This document shows, piece after piece, positions 37,829 through 47,700 of a stretch of DNA of 64,000 bases (its first letter is position 1; the number at the start of each line of letters is the position of its first letter). The position numbers and the translations under genes are program-made. Under the pieces are notes generated by a model. It was not told the DNA's origin. It made no database searches and saw only the letters and a list, made by a program, of their open reading frames with translations. The stretch is from an uncultured Litoreibacter sp. (GTDB lineage: Bacteria > Pseudomonadota > Alphaproteobacteria > Rhodobacterales > Rhodobacteraceae). The stretch is taken from contig CANNGL010000005.1 of NCBI GenBank assembly GCA_947504205.1, positions 54,751 to 118,750 of the forward strand, written 5' to 3'.

Positions 37829-39682
37829 TTGAGATATTTGGTTTTTGGCCTTTTTTGCGGCCTGGTCGTCACGAATACAGTGCTTGCCGATGAAGTGAAG
37901 CTGTCAGAGCAGGGCGTGTCGGTCACCGCCGATAAAGACATCAACTGCAATGTACTGCCAACGCTCAAAGTTGAAGGTCCGCTGAGTGAAGTATTTTCTC
38001 CCGACCGTGCCGCGCTAAACAAATTGCTGCCGCTCATGGCGACGGGTTTGAGTCAGTCCTGTCCAGATATCGACACCCTGCAGGTTGAGGGCAGTGACGC
38101 CGGAATAGGCTATAGCTTTACAATCGCTCGAATTGGTCAGTGGAAACTGCCCGAAGACGCCGTGATCCGGTCGGGTGCAGCCGCAGGGCCTGCTGCACCG
38201 CAGGTGAGACGCGGCCAGACATTGCCCGGATCTCGATCCTTGACCGATGTCGTGCCAAGCGAGAACGCGGGGCCACCAATGCCGCCTGCTGAGAACTTTG
38301 CTCAGCTTTGGATGGACAATAGATTTGGGGGAAATAGCCAGGATGATCTGCTTCGGATGATCCTCGCCGCCAAGCCGGAGCTGCTGGCTGATCGGGATCG
38401 CCTCCGACAACTCTATGCGCATAGCGGTGGTACGTTTGTGTCCACCTATTCGGAAGATGCGACGCTGGATGCGTTCTATCAGAACTACTCGGCTCTTCCG
38501 GTTGCTGGCGCAATCCGGGTTGCATTGCTCAACGAGGTCCGGATCCCTCGTGATCAGTACTCGTTTCGCGACAGCGCGGTGCCCCTAAGCATCAACACTG
38601 ATGTTCCGGGCCCCGTCGAGTATATCTCGGTCGATCCGTTTTCCGATCTGCAGATCGTCTTGCCGATCCCGACGCTGCCTAAACGGTATCTGATTCCAAT
38701 GACACCACCCCAAGCCACGGACTTCGAGGGACGCTATAGTGCATCGAGTAATCAGCGCAGCCCGGTTGTCTTGGTTACCTTTCTCGAGATTTCAAAAGTC
38801 GCGTACGTCCCCGAGCGCGACATATTTACGGCCGAGATTGTGCATTATGGAACCGAACTTCGTGAGCGCCTGAGCCAGAGCAACACGAATTTTGGCCGAG
38901 CGATCTATCGTTGGGGGCCTCAACCCGAAAGCCCACTTCTTGCGGCGCGCGAAGACGGCTACAGCCTTGCGGAGTTCGCGACGCTTTACGGCATGCAGCT
39001 TCCGGAGTTGGGATTTTCTCCTGACGGATTGCCGGAGCTATGGTCGCGCATCGCCGCCTCCCGCGTTTTGGAGTTGGGACCGGATCGTTGGGAAAACGAT
39101 GTGACAGTGTTTCAGATTGCGCAAGATCTGCTGACCGAGGATGAGCTTGAGCTTTTTCTGCAGGAGAAGAAGGACCGTGGCTTTGGCGAGCTCAACGCCT
39201 TCGAACGCAAGGATTTGGCGGCACGAATTCGTGACGAGTTTGCCAAAAAGCTGAAAAGTCGTCGTCTGAACGAACCGATTGTCTTTCGAAAGGTTTATCC
39301 CGTCACGCTAGGAGATTATAGTTTTGCACGCGAGACCTTCTCTCTGAATATTCAAGGAGTTGGGGCGGGTCGTTTTCCAGGTGACCGGCAGATCAGTGCC
39401 GCTCTTGAAGGGGCATTGCCGGACGACATTCTGCCAAATGAATTGAGCGCGACCGAAACGCAGGGTCGACAGATGCTCGCCTTCCTGACGGCAAGGCGGG
39501 ATTATACGCTCTATCTGTCTGTTGAGGGTGTTCTTGAAGAAAATACGCCGTTGGAGATGGAGCTGGGTGAGCGGGGGGCATCGTTGCCGGCACGCGCTGA
39601 AATCAAGCGGGTTGCGTTGTTTGCAGACGAAAAACTGAAAGAGATTGTCGTCGATTACACCGCACTTTCAGATGCGAGATGA
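37829..39682 (+). CDS. Hypothetical secreted protein
   Basis: 617-aa ORF with a TTG start. A Sec-type signal peptide (RYLVFGLFCGLVVTNTVLA) precedes DE. There is an Ala/Pro-rich linker near aa 115-150. I cannot assign a family. Confidence 0.55.
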   Translation: MRYLVFGLFCGLVVTNTVLADEVKLSEQGVSVTADKDINCNVLPTLKVEGPLSEVFSPDRAALNKLLPLMATGLSQSCPDIDTLQVEGSDAGIGYSFTIARIGQWKLPEDAVIRSGAAAGPAAPQVRRGQTLPGSRSLTDVVPSENAGPPMPPAENFAQLWMDNRFGGNSQDDLLRMILAAKPELLADRDRLRQLYAHSGGTFVSTYSEDATLDAFYQNYSALPVAGAIRVALLNEVRIPRDQYSFRDSAVPLSINTDVPGPVEYISVDPFSDLQIVLPIPTLPKRYLIPMTPPQATDFEGRYSASSNQRSPVVLVTFLEISKVAYVPERDIFTAEIVHYGTELRERLSQSNTNFGRAIYRWGPQPESPLLAAREDGYSLAEFATLYGMQLPELGFSPDGLPELWSRIAASRVLELGPDRWENDVTVFQIAQDLLTEDELELFLQEKKDRGFGELNAFERKDLAARIRDEFAKKLKSRRLNEPIVFRKVYPVTLGDYSFARETFSLNIQGVGAGRFPGDRQISAALEGALPDDILPNELSATETQGRQMLAFLTARRDYTLYLSVEGVLEENTPLEMELGERGASLPARAEIKRVALFADEKLKEIVVDYTALSDAR

Positions 39683-39951
39683 GCGCGCTCCTACCGGTGC
39701 CCCAACGATCATTTGTCTCATTGCCCATGCGGGTCTGATCCTGCGCACCAACAATGCCTAAACCAGCATCATTCGGTGGGAACACTGCTCTATTTGGTCT
39801 TTTGTTGAGCCAGATTTTAACTCAGCACAGGGCCTAAAAAGAAGCTGGCAAACTGGACGAGATGGCGCCCGGACCATGTGACTGCAGTTTTTCTGCCGAA
39901 TAGCCTCCATTTTGCTTTTCCCCGACGCAGAGCCCGGCTATACGAGTCGGC

Positions 39952-40041
39952 GGAGACGTGGCCGAGTGGTCGAAGGCGCTCCCCTGCTAAGGGAGTAGGC
40001 CCGGAAGGGTCTCGAGGGTTCGAATCCCTTCGTCTCCGCCA
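39952..40041 (+). tRNA. tRNA-Ser (anticodon GCU), class II with a long variable arm
   Basis: Acceptor GGAGACG/CGTCTCC, D-loop GCCGAGTGGTCGAAGGC, and anticodon loop CTGCTAA. The long variable arm is GGCCCGGAAGGGTCTC. The T-arm is GAGGG-TTCGAAT-CCCTT, and CCA is encoded. Length 90 nt. Confidence 0.93.
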
Positions 40042-40385
40042 TCTAGCCTTTGGCGAGCAAGACTAGGTTGCGCTAGACCGTTGGTATTTGCGAATTTCGC
40101 ACAGTCATCTTGTTCAAACCGGCTACATCACGTTGAATGCGCATGAGGGTATCCATGGTCGCTTGTTATGATCATGTGAACAGAGATGCCGTCTCGGTCC
40201 AAGCCGGAAAGCATCAGAAACATTGGTATGCTATTCAAACTTGCCGTCGCACGAGCCTTTTTCAACGATAAGGGGCGCTATATCTTCAGAAATACCCGGG
40301 CGTGATGCAAAGATATCTGGTGGGGTTGCGGACAGTGTGTTAGGTGCCGCGCGGGCTGGGGGCGTCAGAGTGAGTAGAGGGTTCC

Positions 40386-41651
40386 TTGACTAAAACATAC
40401 ACGATGGCTGTTCACGTCCCGATCTATATGGATGGTGACGAATGCTATGCGGCTGCCGAATGGCGCCGCGCCCTTTACCTTCTTCGTGACAGCTTTGCAG
40501 GGGCTTTTGACAGGTTCATCTGTGTTGCTCCAACATTGCAGGCTGCCGAAGACGGGCAGAATTTCAGCCTTTTGCCGGTTGGCGGTAGTCAGAAGGACGG
40601 ATGGGAGATCTCTCCTTCGATCTCATTGAAGATGGGCAAGCGCGAGTACTGGTTGATGGGTGGCCGTGCGCAATGGCGCCAAGATGTCGGGCGCGCTTTG
40701 GCCATCTCTGAGCTTGGACATATGGGGCTGGGTGATCTCTACCGTCCGATCAATTATGATGCGTTGCGCCTGTCACTGGACAGCGACGTTACAACCATTT
40801 TCGTTCGTGACACGGATGAGGTCACAAAGATGCGCAATCTGCTTGCCGCGAAGCAGATACGAAACGGGCCGGATCGCAAGCTTTACCTTTGGGCTTATGA
40901 GCGCGCGATGCGTAATGCGGTGGCGCGGGCGGATCTGTCTTTGCTGAAGGGGCGTGCTTTGATGACGCGCTATCAAGACTACGCCAAGAACCCCAAGTAT
41001 TTTCATAACACGTCCTACCATACGTCGGAAATTATCGCCTCTGAGGTAATTGAAACGCGCATTGCAACTTTGTCCGAAGGGCGGCCGTTGCGATTTGTCT
41101 ATTGCGGTCGGCTGGTACCGCGCAAAGGCTGTGATCATTCCATCCGGATGGTTTCCGCGGCGGTCAAGAACGGAGCGAATATTCGCTTTGATCTGATTGG
41201 CGACGGACCTCAGCGAGCGGAGCTTGAGGCGCTGGCCCATCAGGAAGGGGTTGCGGACCGGGTGAGTTTCTTGGGAGAGCGACCTTATGGATCTGATCTT
41301 CTGCTTGATCTGGCGCAGTATGATGGGCTGCTGTTCACCCCATTGTCGGAAGACACGCCCCGCATGATCTTTGATGGCTACGCCTCGGGTTTGCCATTGA
41401 TTGGATACGATATTCCTTATGTGCAGGAACGCGCGGCAGAAGAGCATGCAACGCACTTGCTGCCGGCGTTCGATATCGCCGGGGCTGCCACTGTTCTTCA
41501 GGATTTGGGCACACAGCGAAACAGGCTGTCAGATCTGGCAAAAGCGGCCCATCGGGCGGCTTTCGATAACGCTTCTGAAGTTTGGTACGAGCGTCGTGCC
41601 GACTGGACACTTGAGGCGCATGCGCGGCGGCAGGCAAGCCGCAGCGCATAG
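40386..41651 (+). CDS. Glycosyltransferase family 4 (GT-B, group 1)
   Basis: 421 aa. The C-terminal half has FVYCGRLVPRKG and EDTPRMIFDGYASGLPLIGYD, an EX7E-like GT4 region. TTG 40386 follows AGAGGG; an alternative ATG is at 40404. Confidence 0.72.
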   Translation: MTKTYTMAVHVPIYMDGDECYAAAEWRRALYLLRDSFAGAFDRFICVAPTLQAAEDGQNFSLLPVGGSQKDGWEISPSISLKMGKREYWLMGGRAQWRQDVGRALAISELGHMGLGDLYRPINYDALRLSLDSDVTTIFVRDTDEVTKMRNLLAAKQIRNGPDRKLYLWAYERAMRNAVARADLSLLKGRALMTRYQDYAKNPKYFHNTSYHTSEIIASEVIETRIATLSEGRPLRFVYCGRLVPRKGCDHSIRMVSAAVKNGANIRFDLIGDGPQRAELEALAHQEGVADRVSFLGERPYGSDLLLDLAQYDGLLFTPLSEDTPRMIFDGYASGLPLIGYDIPYVQERAAEEHATHLLPAFDIAGAATVLQDLGTQRNRLSDLAKAAHRAAFDNASEVWYERRADWTLEAHARRQASRSA

Positions 41652-41673
41652 CACTTACACGGATGCTCTACGT

Positions 41674-42513
41674 TTAGAACCCAAGACGCGACAAGGGGCC
41701 AACGATCCGTCGGTACACCATGGGCGGTAGAATATCCTGAACGAATGCGCGTCGTGCGACCCGACGATCCGTCTCATCAACAGAGCCCGGGCGCGGTTTG
41801 AACAGCGTCGTATGCGACTTGCGCGAAGCATCCCAAGTTGCAGTGTAATAATAGAGCGCGATGGACTGACGAGGCTCGCCATCGGGATGGTTCACCGGCT
41901 CGGGATTGCCGTGGAATGTGTCCGAACCAGTCGAAAAACAAACCATCCGGTTATAAGTTGGCACAAAGCTGGCCTCCTTCCGGGTCATCTGTTTGTCCCA
42001 GATTTCAAAAGACCCGCCCCAGTCTTCCTGCCAATTCTTGTTGAGGTAAATCAGCACATTCAGGCGGCGCTCAAGGTTCATCTTCTTGTGCAGGTTGAAA
42101 TCCGCATGAATGTCGAGATGCCCGCCATTCAATGTCTTGTGAATCCCTGCTCCCATAAAATAGGGATCGGGAATAAGACCCGTAATGCCGGTCATCTCTT
42201 CCAGAAATTGAAGGAACGGACGCGAGTTAAAGGCATAAAACAAGCTCTTGGTGAAAGCAGGCAAGCGTTCCGGCACATAAGAGGATTTCAGATTTTCTTG
42301 CGCCCGCTCGAACGATGAGACGGCCTCAGGAAGCTCTGTTAGATCTTCGCGCACACGCTCCACGATATCTTCAGGAAGAAAGTTATCGATGCATATATGA
42401 TTGTAAGGGCCTGCGCTTTGGTAGGATTCCGCATAGCCCGCCCCGATATCTCGGGCAGCTTCTGTCGAAATCAGCAGACTTTCTGGATCAAGCGGATAAG
42501 CAGTTTTCGTCAC
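41674..42513 (-). CDS. 2OG-Fe(II) oxygenase superfamily protein (prolyl-hydroxylase-like)
   Basis: 279 aa. It has an HxD facial-triad candidate GGHLDIHAD, a distal His in TFHGNPEPV, and the typical RRLNVLIYLN strand. Confidence 0.72.
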   Translation of the reverse strand: MTKTAYPLDPESLLISTEAARDIGAGYAESYQSAGPYNHICIDNFLPEDIVERVREDLTELPEAVSSFERAQENLKSSYVPERLPAFTKSLFYAFNSRPFLQFLEEMTGITGLIPDPYFMGAGIHKTLNGGHLDIHADFNLHKKMNLERRLNVLIYLNKNWQEDWGGSFEIWDKQMTRKEASFVPTYNRMVCFSTGSDTFHGNPEPVNHPDGEPRQSIALYYYTATWDASRKSHTTLFKPRPGSVDETDRRVARRAFVQDILPPMVYRRIVGPLSRLGF

Positions 42514-42826
42514 AATACATTTCTCCAGTCACACTATACTCTGGGTCCCGCAGGGTTTGTATCAGAGTCTCTACAGCAGTTTCTATACAAACCCATCCTC
42601 GTTGCGAGTTGTGGTTACGAAATCTGTCAAATTTAAGTAAGATACCGGGACTATTTTTAGGAAGACCTTTTTCCAAGCCAAACACACTCGTGCAAGGATC
42701 AAGTCTTGCGTTTGCATCACTTGGCCTGATCCGGCATATGATTGGCCATGGTTTCATAAAACCTCACTTATTGATTTATTAAGCGCCCCGCATTGATCAC
42801 GATCAATGCCAGAATGAGATAGTATA

Positions 42827-43684
42827 ATGTTGAGATTTGTTATTCCGATCCGCCACCCCAATCAGGTCACTGATATTGAAGAGCAAAGGGGGATACTGCG
42901 TCAGACAATTGACTGTTTGAAGTTACAAAAGGGTGATCAATGGCAAGCGATCATCGTTGCCAATCCCGGCACACCTATACCAGATCTGCCTCCACAAATT
43001 TCGGTAAAATGGGTCGATATTGCTCCGAATGAAGGCTTTGCCAAAGCAACAACACGTCAGGAGTTTTTCGAAGTTGTCCGCGATGATAAGGGCCAGCGGC
43101 TGCTTGAAGGCGTCCGGGACATTGGACCTGACGACTACGTTATGGTTGTCGACGATGATGATTTGATCGACCCGTCCTTGGCAAGTTTCGTGCTTGATCA
43201 ACCCCTGAGAAATGGTTGGTTTGTCGAAAATGGGTATCGTTGGAACACCACTACGGGGGAGGTTCTGGATATGAGTGGGTTTCATATGTCGTGCGGAACT
43301 TGCCTGATTGTTCGGGCAGGCTACTACCAGTTTTTTGACCAGCTCAAGACCGGCGTGTCACAAGAGGCGATTCAAGAATTGGGGTCACATCGACAAGTCT
43401 TCGATAGAGCGACCCTTGAAGGCACCCCGTTTGCGGAAATTCCATTTCGAGCTGCAGTTTATCGCACCGCACATCAAACGTCGGTCATTAGTGACATCAG
43501 CAGTCGAAAGCTTGCGATATGGAATCGGGGGCTCAGAGGAACCGTTCATATGTTGCGCTACAACTTAGGGAAGTTGAAACGTCGCTTGGCTGGCGATCAA
43601 GGCCCAGAGCCTGAAGCGAAAGCAGAGCCCACTGTAAGAACAGAGGACTTTCTGATTGAAAAATACGGAATTACAATCGACTAG
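42827..43684 (+). CDS. Putative GT-A fold glycosyltransferase
   Basis: 285 aa. It has N-terminal FVIPIRH and an acidic DxD-type stretch (YVMVVDDDDLIDP). The family is not resolved. Confidence 0.5.
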   Translation: MLRFVIPIRHPNQVTDIEEQRGILRQTIDCLKLQKGDQWQAIIVANPGTPIPDLPPQISVKWVDIAPNEGFAKATTRQEFFEVVRDDKGQRLLEGVRDIGPDDYVMVVDDDDLIDPSLASFVLDQPLRNGWFVENGYRWNTTTGEVLDMSGFHMSCGTCLIVRAGYYQFFDQLKTGVSQEAIQELGSHRQVFDRATLEGTPFAEIPFRAAVYRTAHQTSVISDISSRKLAIWNRGLRGTVHMLRYNLGKLKRRLAGDQGPEPEAKAEPTVRTEDFLIEKYGITID

Positions 43685-43807
43685 GACATAATCACAAACT
43701 AGGCTTCCAACAGAAATTCCGGCCCGTGAGGACAAAGTACGTTATAGCCATGATGAAAAAGACCTGATATTCAACCTCCCGTGCTGGGTGGGATTTAGGG
43801 GTTTGAG

Positions 43808-44740
43808 ATGAAAAAGTTTTTTGCACCTTCTGCAGATACCGAGCTGAACAGCTGGCTCAGTGACAATATGGATGCGGTCCAGCAAGGCTTGTCAGACGAA
43901 GGTTTGGTGTTGTTCCGTGGGTTTGACACCGAAGACGCGGCGACGCTGAAAGGCACCTTGTCGCTCTTTGGGGCTGAGCCGATGACCGATGCGCGTTGGT
44001 CTACGCCACGCTCTTCTGTTGGGGAGGGGGCCTTTACCTCGACAGAATATCCGGCAGAGCAATGGATCGTTTTGCATTCCGAGATGTCTTATGCCCGTGC
44101 CTGGCCGCGCCTGCTGTTGTTCCAATGCAAGATCGCTGCGGAAACCGGTGGCGCCACAACCATCGCCAACCTGAAAGATGTCAGCACCGCTTTGGGCGAT
44201 ATTGTAGACGAATTCCACGAGCGCGAAGTGATCTATCAGCGGAACTTCCGCAAAGGTCTCGATATTCCGTGGCAAAATGCCTTTGGCACAGAAGACCCTG
44301 ATGAAGTGCTTGAGATCGGTAAGCGCAACGGGTTGGAGGTCGAATGGCAGGCCGACGGCACCCTGAAGACTGCGCAACAGGCGCAGGGCGCCATCCACGG
44401 CCCTGATGGGGCGATCTGGTTCAACCAGGCGCATCTGTTCCACCCCTGCCAGCTGCCAGCGGCCACACGTCAGGCACTGGTTGCCGCTTTAGGTGCAGAT
44501 GGTCTGCCGCGAAATGCTGTCTTCGGTGATGGGGAACCCATCCCTGATGCGACGATCGAACGTATCCTTCAAGTTCTCAGTCAGCATACCGAGAATATCG
44601 ATTGGCAGGATGGTGATCTGTCGATCATTGATAATATGCGTTGGATGCATGGTCGCTCGCCGTTTACCGGAACCCGCAAAGTTCTCGCGGCGATGGGCGT
44701 TCATCATGATGAAGCTGCTCTCACGCCGCTCTTTCAATAA
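43808..44740 (+). CDS. TauD/TfdA-family Fe(II)/2-oxoglutarate dioxygenase (clavaminate-synthase-like)
   Basis: 310 aa. The metal-triad candidates are HSE in VLHSEMSY and a distal His in IDNMRWMHGRSPF, the typical DN.R..HGR ending of this family. It ends 11 nt before the adenylation-carrier-acyltransferase gene. Confidence 0.8.
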   Translation: MKKFFAPSADTELNSWLSDNMDAVQQGLSDEGLVLFRGFDTEDAATLKGTLSLFGAEPMTDARWSTPRSSVGEGAFTSTEYPAEQWIVLHSEMSYARAWPRLLLFQCKIAAETGGATTIANLKDVSTALGDIVDEFHEREVIYQRNFRKGLDIPWQNAFGTEDPDEVLEIGKRNGLEVEWQADGTLKTAQQAQGAIHGPDGAIWFNQAHLFHPCQLPAATRQALVAALGADGLPRNAVFGDGEPIPDATIERILQVLSQHTENIDWQDGDLSIIDNMRWMHGRSPFTGTRKVLAAMGVHHDEAALTPLFQ

Positions 44741-44751
44741 GGTAGATATCT

Positions 44752-47700
44752 TTGGCTGCTGACCCGCCCGGATTGATTGAGGTTCGTGCCTTTTCCGGTG
44801 CCAACTCGCGCGCATATTTGTCGGCAGTCTTCGCTGCCTACCGCGACGGCGTCGTCGTTTTGGCCCTGCCGCCGGGATCAGGATCAAAAACGGTGCCGGG
44901 CACTCGCGTGCAAGAACGCAAGACATTCGACGATGATCCAGGCTGGTTTGACGAAAGCCTGGAGCTGATTACCAGCGACGATCCTGCGCAGATTGCTTTT
45001 TCGTCTGGGACGACGGGACGGCCAAAGGCGCTGTTGCTGACGCATCGCGCTTTGTCGGATGTGGTGGTGCGGATCAATGATGCTATGGGCGTCGATGACA
45101 GTATCCGGGAATATATCGGTGTCCCTGTCACGTTTTCCTTTGGCTTTGGCCGCGCCCGCGCCGTGGCAGCCGCAGGGGGCAAATCCTATCTTCCAAAAAA
45201 CGGATTTGATCCGGCAGAAATCGCCCGCATGGCTAAAGCCGGTGAGATCAATGCAATCTCTGCAGTTCCCACGCTCTGGCGGGTGGTTCTGGCAAATCCC
45301 GACGTCATCGGGGAGGCGGGTGCTACCATCCGCTGGATCGAAATTGGCAGCCAGTATATGGCCGCCGATGAGAAAGAGGGGCTGAAAAACCTCTTTCCCA
45401 ATGCGAAAATCGTCCAGCATTACGGTCTTACGGAGGCCTCCCGCACGACCCTTCTCGATATCAGTTCCACCAAGGGGGGAGCTCTGGAAAGCGTGGGGCA
45501 GACCACTGGAGAGGTCGAAATAGCACTGAATGAGGAGGGTGTAATCCGGACCCGTGGCCCTCATCTGGCATTGGGTCTGGTCTCAGGGGCAGGCATCAAG
45601 CCCTTTACTGATGCCGATGGCTGGCTGACCACGTCGGATCGAGGCCGGATCGAGGATGGATATCTTTATTATGAAGGGCGCACGGATGAACTGATCAATT
45701 CCGGTGGCCTAAAAATTGATCCCACCCAGTTTGAACAAAAGCTCAGTGCGGCCCTTGGCGTGTCCGACGCCGTGGCTGTTGGGCGTTTACCCGATGATCT
45801 GCGTGGAGAGAAGGTGCTGATCGTCACGCAGCAGGCTGCAGGATTGAAGCGGACGGATATAGAAGCTGCCGCGCAGAAGATTGCAACAGATCTTGGCCTG
45901 ACAGGATCAGGCTCTTTCGCTCTACGTGACGTGGCTGAAATCCCGCGAACCGCTACAGGAAAAGTGCAACGCGCGAAGCTCGCCGATTTGCCGGACATTG
46001 GCGCGTTGGAGGCCGCGGCGGAGCAGAGCACAGCCCGTCCGACGGAACAGGGAATGGGCAAGGCCGAGGAATTGCAGGCTCTTTGGGCCGAGGTTCTTGG
46101 TATTGATCATGTAGCCCTGAATCAAAGCTTCTATGATCTAGGCGGCGATAGTCTGTCGGCCCTGACTGTCATCATGCGCATGGAAGCGCTCGGACTGGAG
46201 CCTGAGATTGCCCGCGGTATCTTCGACGGCAAGACAATCGCAGAAATTACCGGCGTATCAGCGGAGCCGATATCAGAAGCTTCGCATCCAGATGTCTCGA
46301 CGCAGTCCGTTTCTGCTTCCGCTGATCCGCGTGCGGCGGAATTGCAGGCGATGTGGGCGGAGGTTTTGGGCGTCGAGGATGTTGCTCTGGACCAGAGCTT
46401 TTATGATCTGGGCGGTGACAGTTTGTCTGCCCTTACGGTCATCATGCGTATGGAGGCCCTGGGACTCGACCCCGAGACCGCCCGCGGCATCTTCGATGGC
46501 AAGACAATTGCAGAAATTACCGGAACATCATCCGCCCCGGCAGATAGGGCACCATCACAGGATACTCCAACACCATCCGCTTCTACCACAAACAACCCCA
46601 GGGCTGTGCAGTTACAAACTCTTTGGGCCGAGGTTTTGGGTGTTGAAAATGTTGCGTTGGACCAGAGTTTTTATGATTTGGGCGGTGATAGCCTGTCTGC
46701 TTTGACTGTAATCATGCGTATGGAAGCCCTCGGTCTAGAGCCTGAGATTGCCCGCGGTATCTTCGATGGCAAGACAATCGCAGATCTCGCTGGGGTAGAT
46801 ACTGATCCTGCGCCGGTTGCACAGCCTGCTCCAGAGACATCACCTGAAACTTCCGCCGCGCCCGTGACGCCGACAGATACTGCGAAGGATGGGATCACAC
46901 TTAATCTGGCAGAGGCCATGAATTCTGTGCATGCCACGCGGGGTGTTCTGGTTCTCTGGGTGGTTATGGTGCACTGGCTGCCCGGTGTCTTGGCACGGCT
47001 TACCGACAATGCCGTCAGCATATATGAGAGCCTAATCCCGGCGCTTCGCTTCGGCACGCCTGGTTTTGCGATGGTTTTCGGCATGGGGTTGGGCGCACTT
47101 GGTATTGCTCAATATACTCGCAGCAAGGCGCAATTTCTCAAAGGTTCTCGGTTCAATACCCGACTGATCGTTGCAGGTGTGCTGATCTACGCCGCCGTGA
47201 AATTTGCAATGTTGTGGAGTGCGGGACGTCTTGGCGAGCCATTGTTGCCATCGGTGCTGTTTTACTCAGCCATCACCTACTATGCCTTAGCCATGTTGAG
47301 TCTGCCGGTGATCTTGTGGGTCTTGACCCGTGGATCGAACCGCATGTTGACCATCCTGGCGACAGCTGTGGCCTGTATGATCATCCATGAGGTTCTGTTC
47401 GCCGCAATCGCCCATACCAAACCGGGTGGCATTCTGGAACTCTTCAAGGTGCTTCTGACCGCAAAATACGGGTTCTTCCGCATGTCGGGCTTTGTCATGA
47501 TCGGGGTCGCGATCGGTTATATGTACCGCGCGCATCACAAGACCCCCGGCATTGCACAGCATTTAGCGTTGGCTGGCGTGACCTCCATTAGCTTCGGGTT
47601 CTTCACGTTGTACAAGGTACAACCAGAGGTCTTCATGGATGGTTTTGGACGCGTTCTACCATGGCATCTGATGATCTATGCCGGAGCGGCATTGCTGATC

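Noticed and set aside
39878-40066. 62-aa ORF
   Set aside because: It overlaps tRNA-Ser (39952-40041), so it is a spurious call.
40042-40385. Spacer after tRNA-Ser as an integrase or att site of a mobile island
   Set aside because: No integrase, transposase or recombinase ORF occurs here or anywhere in the window. I found no direct repeat of the tRNA 3-prime end. Mobility is therefore not supported by what is visible, and only the tRNA-adjacent position is noted.
44884-45564. 226-aa minus-strand ORF. Similar antisense ORFs occur at 40773-41456, 41812-42318, 16426-17055 and 16941-17444.
   Set aside because: All lie antisense to genes with clear family motifs and have biased Arg/Pro-rich composition, so they are shadow ORFs.
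46069-46794. Regular 270-bp repeats as a possible CRISPR array, satellite or IS remnant
   Set aside because: The repeats are in-frame inside a long ORF, each encodes a complete carrier domain with a GGDS serine site, and there are no spacer-like unique short units. They are therefore a coding domain triplication.
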